DNA of 44,894 nt from Moniliella sp. 'wahieum' (GCA_003971905.1 RSEE01000157.1:62001-106894); one strand, 5' to 3'. Positions 1-12,179 are shown, numbered from the stretch's first letter. Notes: generated by a model not told the origin, from the letters alone. Translations and numbers: made by a program.

Positions 1-17
1 ACTATCCGCCACGTCCC

Positions 18-395
18 GTGCCGACACCTATCACTTACTCTTTCTTGTCCCGGCCATATGACTGGGGGAGTCTTGACACAACCAAGAATCCCGTCCCTAT
101 CCAGCGGCGTAAATTCAAGAGGAGCAAGACAGGCTGCCTTGTGTGTCGGAGACGGAAAGTTCGCTGCTCTCAGGACGGTCTTCCCTGCCGACAATGCAAG
201 ATTGGCAAGCGGGAGTGCCATTATAGAAAGCCACCCCAAGACGATTCTTCATCCCAGCAACAAGAGGATGCTAGTGACAACGCGTCGCCCTCCGGTACCC
301 CTGACTACCTACCTGTACCTTTGCTCAAGGAGACCCTGAATGATCCAAGTTGCCTGCGCGGTCGGCGTCATTCCGGGTGTGACCTTCCCTACTGA
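18..395 (+). CDS. Zn(II)2Cys6 fungal transcription factor, N-terminal part (downstream body short or degraded)
   Basis: RSKTGCLVCRRRKVRCSQDGLPCRQCKIGKRECHY matches C-x2-C-x6-C-x6-C-x2-C-x6-C. No clean downstream frame; the true start may lie outside the window. Confidence 0.75.
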   Translation: MPTPITYSFLSRPYDWGSLDTTKNPVPIQRRKFKRSKTGCLVCRRRKVRCSQDGLPCRQCKIGKRECHYRKPPQDDSSSQQQEDASDNASPSGTPDYLPVPLLKETLNDPSCLRGRRHSGCDLPY

Positions 396-949
396 TCTAG
401 CCACATTCCATCCTGAGGAAATTTTCCAAGTGCCCTTGACCAAGTCTGCTCTGTTTTGAATTTGCCCACGACCTGTACCATCTTCTGCGCCCATCCCACT
501 TCCCGGCCAATTTCCTTTTGCCTCTTTCGTTTTTCGCACAAGATGAACTCAACTCTCTATATCCTAGATGAATTACTGTGCATGGTGTTCATCTGTGATG
601 CAGTGTGCGAGACGGTAATTGCATGCCCATATATACAGTAAAGCAGGGCATACGCCTGGCCCGGAAAATGCACGACACGAACACCTACGATGGTGTGGAA
701 AGGGCATGTTTCTTTCGACATATAGACTGCACCAATAACTGGGAACGATCAGCTGTGACGCTCCCGATTGCTACGCACCCCCGGTGTTCCAACCAAGCGC
801 ATCGCGCCGACCCCGAGAGATTGTTGTGTCTCTACACAAACGTATGCCCACCAGAACCGCCTGGAAACTCGTAGTTACCAAGTAATTTGTCTTCTAAAAA
901 GGAAATCATTCCCAGTGCCCCCCATACACCGAAAAGTTATCCCTGTTGC

Positions 950-2757
950 CGTCTCACAGCAGGCGATACGAGATCTGCTCGTCGTGCATCCCACGTCGTA
1001 CTAACGGCGCATGCGCTCCACGTAAATGTCCAAGTGAAGTTCTCCCGTACCGCTGATAATTGTCTCCTTCGAGTCGCAGTCCACATGGACGCGGAAAGTG
1101 GGGTCCTCTTTCTGGAAGCGATTCAAAGCGCTGCTAAGTTGGCATCCAACACGTCCTTGGAGTCTGGGTTAATCGAGAGCGAAATGACACGCTCCGGCAC
1201 AAACATCTCTGTCACAGTGAGCTCGGTATTACCGTCGGTGACCGTGTCGCCCCCCGAGGAACACGCGACGCCAAACATGGCACAAACCTCATCGGGACCC
1301 ACCTTGTCCACCTCCTCCATTTCGTCGGAGTGCAGGCGAATCAAGCGGGGGACCTTGATGCACTTTCCAAGGCGAATATATGATCTGGTTGTCACTTGAG
1401 CATGCCTTGGTACATACGCATGTACGTCAGTTGTCCATACCGCCCTTCTTCCAGTTAAAACGCCAAACCAACTATGGGTGCCATAGCGACAGTTGCAAGC
1501 TCGACACAGGGCACCGTGGCGGCTTGACGAGCCGCTTCAATCTCATCCTCGTCCTCCAATCCCTCAATAGCCTTGGTCACGGCAACCTTCATGACCGCAG
1601 GGCTGACACCAGAGGCCTCAGCCGTGACCTCCTCTGCGTTGGGAAGGTAGTTGCAGACACCATCTAGCATGGACTTCACGCCCTTGTTTTTAATGGCTGA
1701 TGACCCCATGAAGACGGGAGTGAACTTGCAGGCAATGGTGGCACGACGGATAGCTTCACCAGCTCCTTGGGTGATGGGCTCTTTTCCTCCATGACCAACT
1801 TGGCCGTGCCGCGGGCGAATGTAGACAAAATCCACATCAGCCAGTGCCTCATTGAGTTCTTGGCGTTTCCCACGGGCAAAGTCGATCAAGTCAGCCGGAA
1901 TGTCGTCCAATTCTTGCCTACGACGCTTTCGAAATGGCCAAGTTACCCGCGTTCCAAATCAGCAGAAGCAGAGTAACTAACGTACCCTTGGTACCCTTGT
2001 TGTACGCTGCCGTCCAGCGGAACAAGTCGACAATACCGTTGAACTCCTCGTCGCGCTCAATGGGAATCTGGACAGCAGGAGCCGCATTAAGCTTCAGCTT
2101 TGCCTTGGCGGTCCATATTATGATGAGGAGATGCGTGGTACCGCTTCATCTGCCGATCGACCGTGATCGTCTGTGACTGCCCGCCTGCCACACGCACACA
2201 AGACCAGGATCGAACCATCCAGCACACGGAGCGCACATTCCACCTCAATCGTAACGTCGACGTTGCCCGGAGTGTCAACGATGTTGCTCTTGAACTCCTC
2301 CTTGCCCTCACCCTCGGCGAGCATGGCCGTATCGCCCGATACGCTGGCCTGCTCCCAAGGCGGAGTGGCCCACCAAGAGCCTTATGCGGCGGCCGACTGG
2401 ATGGTAATTCCCTTTCGCGTTCCAAATCCATGTGGTGCATCTTGGGCCAACATTGTCCTTGTCACGGACTTCGTGGATGCCCTTGATACGGCAAGTGTAA
2501 AAGAGCACGCGCTCCGTCAACGTTGTCGTTCCAGAGTCGATGTGAGCGGAAACACCGATATTGCGCTGGCGCAGCAGCGCGGGCAACGGCCGCTATCGAA
2601 AAGAGCCGGACGATCTGACCAGCCGTAGCCGCCCGAGCGGAGGATGTGTTGGTGGATGAGGCGAGAGACACACAAGAAGCAACGATAGGAGCAGAGGCGC
2701 GGATGGATATGCGGGCCAGTAGCGGCGAGGAGCACGCAAGAAGCGCCCGCGAACCAT
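950..2757 (-). pseudogene. MEF1: Mitochondrial elongation factor G1 pseudogene, C-terminally truncated
   Basis: Colinear fragments [99 protein letters not shown] and [14 protein letters not shown]. In-frame stops at 2382-2384, 1455-1457 and 1001-1003. Invariant GTPase residues are substituted, and similarity is lost near the start of domain IV. Confidence 0.9.
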
Positions 2758-3343
2758 CGCGGCCAACCCAGCGTGGGAGAAGTCGGCTTGTAGCGCCACA
2801 GGCAGAGCCCAGGATCTCCAAAATCCTTTCGGCCCGAGCACGGATTCCAGGCTATCGCTCCTGCGCTGAGGCTCAGCGCTGAGCTCAGCGCGCTCAGCTG
2901 GCTTTTTTTCCCAAGCAAGGACGCGGGGTCAGCAGCAGCCACTTCCACTACCTCGGGTGGTCGCTTTAAACGCCATGGTGAGTATAATAGCGAGTCACCT
3001 ATGCCAGCGCTTTTACAAAATCCCTTGTAGGGGACCAGTCTCACGGATGAGCACCGCTAATGGCGCTAATGGGAGTCCTCAGCATGAACGATACAATGGC
3101 TGCGTGGGCCACTCACTGGGATGGAGGATGCGATGATGCTACGGGGATATGTGTAGTTTACCCGATCAACTGAATCCAGCTGGGAAGGGGGGGAGGGCAG
3201 TAGCAGTGCGCCCTTGGCTGTGTAGGCGCCGTCGTAGTGTCCACCCGCCCACGCCTTGATCTGGGTCGTAGAGAGCACGCGCCAGTAGATTGACAGGGTT
3301 GCATTGGGGTTATCATTGCAGAGACCAGTCCATTTTTTGCGCC

Positions 3344-3883
3344 TCAGAGCGCTACACACAGACGCACACACACACACAAGTTAGTCAATGCGATCCACCA
3401 CCAACCAAAGCAGTCCGCACACATACCCTGGGGTACTGATTCGACGTAGTCAATCATGTCCTTGACCGTCTCAATCATTAGCACATCTTCGTCTTCCATA
3501 GCAAGGTCAAACTCGAACTCCATCTCCATAATGACGTCGATCACATCGAGGCTGTCGAGACCCAGGTCAGCCTCGAGGTACGATTCGGGCGCAATCTTGG
3601 TCTGATCCGCCTTCTCGAAGCCCTTAAAAATGTGAACACGCTCGGTAATCTGCTCGCGCGAGGGAGGGCCGGCATCGCTATAGCAGCGCACAGACGCTGG
3701 AACGGACAAGGGTGGTGGGAGAGTGGCACGCGCCGAGGCGAGCAGCATCGGCCGGGCCAGGGCCATGGAAGCGGCCGGCACCGACACACGGGCGGCAGGG
3801 CGACATGCAGCCATGGGCGCACGAGCAGCAACACTGCGCAGGGCGCCCGTGCAGGATCGGGCAACAGACACGGACGGCAGCAT
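3344..3883 (-). CDS. ACP1: Mitochondrial acyl carrier protein (ACP1/NDUFAB1 family), 2 exons
   Basis: Arg/Ala/Ser-rich presequence ending ...VRCYS, then DLGLDSLD phosphopantetheine motif. Intron 3426..3352 (GTATGT, branch GACTAAC, TAG) gives C-terminus PQAL-stop. Confidence 0.9.
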   Translation of the reverse strand: MLPSVSVARSCTGALRSVAARAPMAACRPAARVSVPAASMALARPMLLASARATLPPPLSVPASVRCYSDAGPPSREQITERVHIFKGFEKADQTKIAPESYLEADLGLDSLDVIDVIMEMEFEFDLAMEDEDVLMIETVKDMIDYVESVPQGMCADCFGWWWIALTNLCVCVRLCVAL

Positions 3884-4809
3884 GGCGGAGACGGCGAGGC
3901 GGACGAGCGAGCAGTGGACTTGGCGGGTGGCAGAGCAGCTCGAGCCGCTGGCCTCACGCGACGAGGGCGCATGGGCGAGGCACCCCAGGGCACCCCCACT
4001 GCCCCAATTATTAATCCCGCTGCCCCGTGTTTCCGCTGCTGCAGTTCCGCCTCCGATTTTGCGAAGGCAGCCTGACCCGAAGCCTCCCGCTCCCAAGCTG
4101 CAGTCTGCGGACCGCCTACGAGCCCATCGCGAGGGATACACAGACCCAACGAGTCCGGATCTTGCAAGAGCAAAGCCCTGCGTCGAGCTTCGTCGAGGGG
4201 GAAACGAACTTGCCGTTCATTAGTGAGTGCCCCAAGGCACCTGGACGTGACGCAAAGAGCCCCACAGAATGAAATGACCAGACGCGGCTGGTGCTGCCAT
4301 CATTTGGTACGGAGAGGGGCGCGGCCAGTGTACTACTGAGACCAACATTCATTGCCCTGCAAAGGTGGACAAGTGGTAGCAACGTCGTAAACATTGGAGA
4401 AACCCGCAAGATCCAAGAGGCCGCAGTTGAAACGAGAGCCTTCCCTTGTTCCTATGCCCATCTGTTGATAGTAGACAGTAAATGGAGGGCCTTGCACACA
4501 TCGCGAAAAATACACATCTACTCTACGACAGATCACAGCTGTGGGGTTTGCAGGAGTATGCACTGAACCACAAAAGACAAGGGACGGCTTGCCCTGGCCT
4601 CTTTCATAGAGCATAAAAGGCAACCAACAGAGCCAAATCAAATCCGACTAGTCGAGGAACAGTATGTGCCGTGCTAGAGAGGCACGGCATTTGAGTTTTT
4701 GGGAAGGGTAAAGTGCTGCGACGAGCAGCGCATAGAGGAGACTACGGGAAACAACGCAATGCCAGCATTGATCCCGGTAGCCTCGGGCGGAAAGAGACCC
4801 TTGGACAAT

Positions 4810-5477
4810 TTACACCTTGAAGCCACGGGACTTACGGCGGCCACGGGCCATCTCGCGTTTGCGCGACTTGCCGTTCCCGCGCACGTAGGGCTTGGCGTTC
4901 GAGTGGGGGCCCATGCCAAAGTGCTTCACAGCCTCGCGAGCATTCTTAGGACCACGGATGAGCACCACGTTCTTACCCGTAGGGGCACGGAGGGCAAGCT
5001 GGTCGAAAGTCAGAGCCTCACCGCCAGCAGCAAGAATGCGGGCGCGGGCAGTCTTGGTGAAACGCAGGGCGGCAACCGAGACGCGGGGGACCTCGAGGAG
5101 ACGGTTGTCATCGGTGATGGTACCCACCACAGCAACAGTCTTGGCATCAGCACCAGTCGTACCAGCGTTGCGCGTCAGGTAAATCAGACGCGAGAGCGAC
5201 ACAGGCGGGCGGTTGACTTGCTCATATAAAGGCGCTTGAGGATGGCCTTGTTAACTTGCTGCCAGAGCGGCGGGCAAGGTAGCGGTAGAGCTTAACCAGG
5301 AGAAGGAGGTAAGGGTCCTCCGACTTGGGGGCCGTACGGTTGCCCTTTTTAACGTGCTTCTTGGCAATGTCCACACCCTAGTAGGCCAGCATGTTAGTTC
5401 CACTCTTTTCTGCATCCGGACATGACGATGAAGCAACGCAGTCCCGACGCTCATCCTCAAGCGAAGTAACTTACCAT
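4810..5477 (-). CDS. RPL18: 60S ribosomal protein eL18 (L18)
   Basis: ATG-only first exon (5477-5475), intron GTAAG...CTAAC...TAG to 5378, then [37 protein letters not shown]...[15 protein letters not shown]. Two single-base frameshifts near 5255 and 5220 are probably assembly errors. Confidence 0.95.
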
Positions 5478-5542
5478 CTTACGGCTTGGTGGTGTAACAA
5501 CCGTAATGATGGTTCTCCGAGGGACAGTTTGGGGCAGGAGGC

Positions 5543-5559
5543 GCAGAGTAGGGTTGCCG
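5543..5559. promoter_or_regulatory. 17-bp motif GCAGAGTAGGGTTGCCG (telobox-like core) upstream of RPL18; TTAGGGTTAG also at 5631-5640
   Basis: Identical 17-mer at 37600-37616; lies 66-82 bp upstream of the RPL18 ATG. Confidence 0.55.
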
Positions 5560-6393
5560 TCAGGCTGCGGCATACACTAGCATGGCCCTGTTGATGAGCT
5601 TTTTTAACTTCGACTCGGGCGAACAAATATTTAGGGTTAGCTAATTGTAACATTGCAATTGAGAGTTGACAACGAGAGGGCGGCGTCGTGTGCCAGAACC
5701 GTTGAAGTCAATCAACCTACAACGATACAGCTGCAACGCTCTTGTGTCTCTTTCTCCTTGCTCTTCTGCTGTATCAATTAGGTCTTCACATCTTCAGGTC
5801 CAGTATGGTAACAACAGCCGGCACAAGTGCCCATTGTCCCCTCTCTTTTGTTGGGACTTACAGCTGGCATTGCACACATGGTAGAACTAGTAACTACTAC
5901 TAAAGCGTATATAAAAGGCGCTTCTGTCACGGTTGAACCGCTACAGAACAGAGAGGATATATGGTAGCCGTCACGCGCGTCGCGGAAGCACTGAACAGCT
6001 CTTTGGAAAAAAAAGTGCTTTGCCTCTGCTCCAACCGCATTATCGAATCTGAGCTTTCTGCTGGCCGTAAGAGGGCACGAGATTCGCCATGACACAAGGT
6101 GGGCGCACCGCAGACTTCGCAGGACTATTGAAGAACAGATGAGAGAGACGTGAAACGTTGATTTTTCCGTGATGGTAACAAGTACATATACAGGTAAAGA
6201 GGGGTGGGGGGGTTAGAGGGAAGGGTAAAGTGGGGGTCTTCCAAGCAGAAGGGTCAGCGCAGTTGTGCTGACCGGGCAACCCTGTTGTTGTAACCCAAGC
6301 ACGGCAAAGATCGGTTTAACGAGAATAGATGACGGATGGGGAAAGATGCGTGGGGCCGAGGGGGAGGGGTGCATCGTGTCTCCAAAATGCCTT

Positions 6394-8467
6394 TTACTTT
6401 GCTGGCTCGTCGGGTGTAGCATCGCTTCCGGGCAGCGTGGTGTGGCTCGATGCTGAGTGACGCGTTCCGCATCGCGGTCGAGGTTGTTGAGGTTCTCCTC
6501 CTGGCGGTCGAGCTTGTAGAACACTGCGCACGAGCGAAAGAGAAAGGTCAGTTTTCACCATACCAAAAATAGAGATCACAACGTACGCAACCAGAACACA
6601 ATGCCACCACCGCAGCACAAGCCACTGACGATCGCGTAGTTCTCCACCAGCTTGGGGTCCTGGCTGATGGGGTTGAAGGCCTCGCCCAGCGCTGAGCTGA
6701 CGGCCGACATGAACAGTTGGACGGCCATCACAAAGGACTTCATGTTCTTGGGGGCCTTGTTGAATGCGTACTCGTACGATGGCACGTTGACCAGCAGCTC
6801 CGAGGTGGCAATCAGAATGTAAGCACCAGCCGCTGCCATACATTGATGGGCGCCTTGTGTCGCATGCCGGCGTAGTACCCGCAAGCCGACTTCTTGTAGA
6901 TAAAGTGTTGCGTCACGGCCGCGTACACCATGGCCAGCGAAGCGACCTGGAACCCAACCGCGATACGCTGCAGGCCGAGATGCGGAAGCCCATCCGACGA
7001 AGCATCGGGTACAGACCATAGTCGAGGATGGGAACCAAAATCAAATGGCAAGACTGTCCAAGTTTTGGACGATGGAGTTGGGCACACCGTGCAGCTCCAT
7101 AGTGGCCGCTTGGGAAAGGAGGTTGGACGTCATCTGGTTGTACGCCAGTTGGTAGATGGGCAGGAGACAGAACACTTGGCAAGCCTTGTACGCCCGGCGC
7201 ACTTCCATCACCCACAACATCGTCAAACGTCATCCACTTCGGACGCGTCTCGGGGGTGAAGCGGCTGGGAAGGGCGTAGTCCCAGAAATCATCCGCCTTC
7301 ATGTTCTTGTACATCCGAACAGGGTTCCACGAGAACAGGCTGGTGCAGAACCAAAGAATGCGCACGGCGCGAAGGCATGAGCGAGCCAGCGGGAGGAGTA
7401 CGCACATACTTGTTCCTCACAGCAGCAAGATCGGGAAGCAACTGAGGAACACGATGGTGGGCAACGTGTACTCGAGCCAGAAACCGACATACTTTTCCGA
7501 TAGGCCATGCCAATCTGGCCGACAAGCGCGCCAATGTTGATGAACAAGTAAAAGTACATAAAGAGACGGCCGAGCGTCAGGTTGGGGTCAATGATGACGC
7601 GCTCGCCCGTCTTGGGAATAGTAGTGACCTGCATTTTGGTAGCCGTAACCTGCTCGGCGATCAGGGGACTAACAGATGACTTGAACCAGCCTGTACCCAT
7701 ACCAAACACCAATGATGGCAATGACAAGGCAGGCGTAGGCCGTTGGGGTTGTCCATGACGGGAGGCAGAGCGCTGACTAAAAGCAAAACATGAATGTCAG
7801 TCCGCCATGTCCATCGTGAAGCAGGGACAAACAATGCATACCATTAGGATAAGATGGCCAACCGTCGTCGCAATGCAGAGAGCGATGAGGATGGGTGTGA
7901 AACGGCCCCAGAACGAGTCGGCAAGGTAAGCACCAAGAAGGGGCATGCAGTAGACCCAGAACGAGTTGAAGGTGGTGATACCAAACGCAGCCTGCTGCCT
8001 TTGCCAGAGCACCCGTGACACCATTCGAAGTGCGGTTGGCACCAGTGCGGCCACCGACGCTGTAGGCGGGACGCGGCTGCTGGATAAAGTTGGTAAATGC
8101 GTTGGACACACCGTAGTAAGAGAAACGCTCAGCCAACTCGCACATGGCGACACCATACGCGCGCCAAGGGACAGGGGCAGGCAGGCGGCGAAGAGTGTCG
8201 ATCTCCTCCAACGTGGGTGGGCCTTTTCATCATCCTCGGCAGAATATTCGACAGCAGAGGCCTCTTGGTCAGTGGGAAGGCCCTTTTCTCGTCAAGAGGG
8301 AAGTCCTCGTGGGAGGGGGCAACGACGACATCGTCGGTGTGAGGAAGGATGGGCGCCACCTGGGCGTACGCCAGCTGGTCGTCAGCAGCCACTGTATGGG
8401 GGGGGGAGTCAGCTCAGAGTCGATATAAGGAGGGGGGAGGATGGAGCGTACGGTCGGTGTTGGGCAT
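6394..8467 (-). CDS. PTR2: POT/PTR2-family di/tripeptide transporter, multi-exon, with frameshifts
   Basis: ExxERFSYYG motif (MCELAERFSYYG), LLGAYLADSFWGRF, GTGWFKSSVSPLIAEQ, FYLFINIGAL, YEYAFNKAPKNMKSFVMA. Probable start MPNTD at 8467 followed by an intron (GTACGC...CAG). Confidence 0.9.
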
Positions 8468-9736
8468 CGTGGTGGGGAGGAGGGAGACAAAGAGGGAATG
8501 TGAGCAAGATTTCCGGGGGCTTTTGTATGGTACCCTGGTTGGTCTGTTGACCTGGACAATTCAATTACTGGCAGCTGGCCGAGCGAAGCAGCAGCGAGTG
8601 GATGTACCGCATAAAGAGAGGCGCTGCGGCTTGGCGCCTGGGCGATACACTGAGGATATGAGCACTGGGCGGCACGCGACTACACTCCTAGTCGAACATG
8701 TGGTTTCGCGGGGGAGATAGCGGGCTGTCTTCCCATCCACATCCGCACAGCGCCAGCCTTGCCCCAATCATTACCTGGGGAGCTTCTTCCTGTTGGGACG
8801 ACGACTGACACAGGAACGAGCGATAGGAGCACGACTGGCCCCCTGCCGCCTATTGCCCGGTGTCTGTCCCCCGACATATGCATCAGAGTGGTGGGATCCA
8901 CAGGGGCGTCGTTCCTGCAGCGGCTGAGCGCTGAGGCTCTGAGGCCCGAGGCTCAGGCGTGCTCGCTTCAGGCAATCGCGTGCAACACTGCACCTATGCC
9001 TGCGCCCGACAAGCGGCTGGGCGCGCTTCCAGCTTCAGGGACCGTAGGGGACACTCGGCCTTCGCGAGTTCGGGACAGGGCACTGCAAACACAGTGCCCC
9101 TGGCGGCCTTTGTGCCGATTCAGCCGCTGAGCGTGCTGAGCTGAGCGCTGCGATACCTGAGGATCCCAAGCCCAGAAAAACGACATAGCAAATCGTTCCT
9201 GCCGCCACCTCCCGGAGGCACGGCGCCGCTCTCGAGCCGAGTGGCGTTGTGCGGGGCGAGCCCGGCGAAATGGCGGCGATTGCCCGGTGGGCTGCGATAG
9301 AGCTGCCACAGGCTGCCACCTAGTGCGGTCGCCTTTGCTACGCCCTTGGGCGTGCTGTGGATAGCTGCCAGAGCGTGCCTGAACGCCTCATCAGCGGCAG
9401 GGCCTCAGGCCTCGGGCCCTCAGCGCCTCTGCGCTCAGCCCAGGGCAGTGGATGGCTGTTACATGTTGGCCCTATGGATGTGCGATGCCAAGAACGTGTC
9501 GGACTCAGATGGGAGGTGTTCGTTTCAGCCCGGTATCAAGGCAGTGTCAGCCATGTCAGCACACTCAGCTATTTAGCCGTCTATCCGGGCTTATATCGTA
9601 GCCTGTGCCCCCGTGCCGGACCATACAGTGCCGTCGATAAGACCCGACGCGTGGCGGGTGCGGCTTCGCAGCACGCCAGTTGGCGCCACCAGCCGCAATC
9701 AGTGTAAGTACTAAGTGCGTTGCATGCACTGTACGA

Positions 9737-9895
9737 GTACTGAGTGGCTGAGAGGCTGAGTACTGAGACGAAGGCACTGAGGTACTGATGATCGATGAGT
9801 TTGATCAGTGAACCTCAGCGATGAGCCGCACTGAGTACTGAGTACGTTGAGTGAGTACTTCGTACTCAGCCTGAGTATTGAGTCAATACTGAGCT
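9737..9895. repeat. Degenerate GTACTGA(G)/CTCAGTAC quasi-palindromic repeat patch
   Basis: Repeated gagtactgag, gtactga and gtactcag units seen directly; a similar patch lies at 44133-44226. Confidence 0.7.
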
Positions 9896-10156
9896 GCCCA
9901 GGCAGACCAGGCAGACCCACTGCTGGTCCACGACTGGTCCTTCTAGCCCACCGCCACCACTGCCGCCGAAAGCCCCATCGGGCCAAACTAGTGGCACTGG
10001 CATGCGCGTTTGTTAATAGCTCCAAACAGTTTGCTATTTAGTCAGGCTAAAACTGCAACACGGAACTACCCCCACCTAACCGGCGCTTCGGCCGGTCCGA
10101 CAAACTCGACTTGGGCACATCAGGGCACTCCGCACTACGCCCTGCGTTTTACGCTT

Positions 10157-10206
10157 TGAGCTTGAAGCTTGAAGCTTGAAGCTTGAAGCTAGCTTGATAA
10201 GCTTGA
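10157..10206. repeat. (GCTTGAA)n heptamer tandem repeat
   Basis: gcttgaa x4 plus degenerate copies. The same unit occurs at 10766-10810 and 12808-12833, and as TTCAAGC at 24322-24336 and 24759-24797. Confidence 0.85.
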
Positions 10207-12179
10207 TATCTGACACAGTCACTGTCACAGATAGAGCCAGGCACGGTCGACTAGCGAATAACTGCGAGTGAAGTACTTGAACGTATGAAAACAGTCTAGC
10301 CAGCTGATGAATGGTTCGACTCAGTCAACTGTTGGCTTCAAGCTTCATCCACTTCAAGCTTCATCGACTTCATCGCGCAACAGAGGGGCAAAGAAATCTG
10401 TCTTGTAAATGGTGGGGGCCCTCTCCGCCGTCCACCATCAACCTCTGGCACACATATATACAGGTCTTGGCTCTGTCGGACCATGCGGAGCACCCAACAA
10501 CCATTCAGATATTCAGGCGTCTCTTCAACCTCTTACGTAGTTTCAGATCGTCTCTTGTGCCTCTCAACCGCTTCAATGATAAGAAAACACAAGATACAGG
10601 GGCACACAACTTTTCGGGATTGTACCTGTGATGTGGGGTTTTGAAGATGAGATCTGAGATCTGAGGGCGAAAGAACCGGTTAGTCCCGGTAATAACCAGT
10701 TAGCCTGTAAGTAACTGGCTAATCCCGGTAACCAGCCTAACCTGAGGTCTAAGACTCGTGAGGCTTTTGAAGCTTGAAGCTTGAAGGTTGAAGCTGAAGG
10801 TTGAGGCTTGTGAGACAGTTGAGACCAGAGAAGGCGTTACTATAGTTACTCGATACCTACCGCGGTCTCACAGGCCTGTGAGTGAGGCCTCAAACTGATA
10901 TCTAAAAGCGAGAACTCATCGAGCTCATTGTCCGCCAAGGGATAGCCACGGACTTTTTGTGTCACATGTCACCTCTCTTCAACAGCTAGCATACTCTTCT
11001 CCTCTATCTCGTCGGGAGACAGCAGAACGGAGCATCGGTAGGCCAAAGCACCTTAGTAGTACCGCTCTTTGTCACTCTCGCTCATCTCCAAAGCTTACAC
11101 GTGTGTAGACTGCACTGGCTTGTTTGGACCCGGCTCTCTCCTTGGGAGGCGTTACATATAGGATCAGAGACTTGAGCCTGACAGGCCTCTCCACCACATA
11201 TTAGCCTCAACGTTCAACTGAACGCTCATGTACAACTACACTCGCATCTCCAGAGGTTTTCTCCACCACAATCGCTGGTGGGTTTTCCTGTGCACTTTCA
11301 CCGTGGCTTTCCAGCGTTTTGAATATATAGTTTGGAGCGTGAAGAACAGTATAGTGCGTGAGCACTGAGCGTGTGTGGTCCCCATGTCCCTCTGATGCGT
11401 TGACGGCGTGTATAATATGCAGCTTAGTGCGCTTCTCCAAATCAAGCAGTGCACCCCAGAGCTTCAGGGCCCCAGAACGTGTACGACGGCGTGATTGTTG
11501 TGTATGCCAGCAGGGGACCTATTGATGATGACTCTCCACTGACCTCAGGATTATTGGCACGAATTATTAGCAGCATGCACCGAACGAGCGAGCCTAGTCA
11601 AGGATCAAGGCATGCAGCGTTTCTTGATACGAATGAACATGTAGCAGTAGAGATAATGGGTGAGCGATGAACAGTGAACGTTGAACCGTTTCTGCAACAG
11701 TGATCGCGGCTCCTCTCTCAGTGTTATATCCATAATAGTGCTAATCAAACATCGTGTTGGCCATCGTTTTGGTGGCAGAATGTGCGAAAAAGACCAAAGG
11801 AACCTCAGGATTTGGGTGGAGAAACCTTGTGGAGAAGGTAATGCCATGGCGATGGTGGTGGGTTTTTGGGGTGAAGCATGGCTCATCAGTTCATGATGAT
11901 CCTCATGCCACACCTGGAAGAGAAAGGGGCTTGAACAAGGGCAAGGGGTGTACACGTGTATAGACTGCGGGGGTCAGCAAAACAAAGAACAAAAAAGAAA
12001 GGGTATGTTGACAAAAAGCGTGCCTTTTGGCCTACGACGGTATGTTATGTGGGGCCACACTCAGAGGGTCCCAACACGTTCGGTCGTGCTGTGCATATAC
12101 TGACTGCACTGTCAAGCACCCTGGCCTAGAGAGTATAGGATTGAATGATTTCACTGTTATAGTACTGACTCTCAATGGA

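Noticed and set aside
3066..3330. ORF fragment containing AWAGGHYDGAY between ACP and the EF-G pseudogene
   Set aside because: No family recognised, and it overlaps the expected ACP 3' UTR.
5631..5640. TTAGGGTTAG as telomere remnant or telomerase RNA template
   Set aside because: Under two repeats and located in the RPL18 promoter; better treated as a promoter site.
9700..10900. Short repeats as a CRISPR-like array
   Set aside because: No constant repeat with unique spacers, no cas genes, and eukaryotic context.
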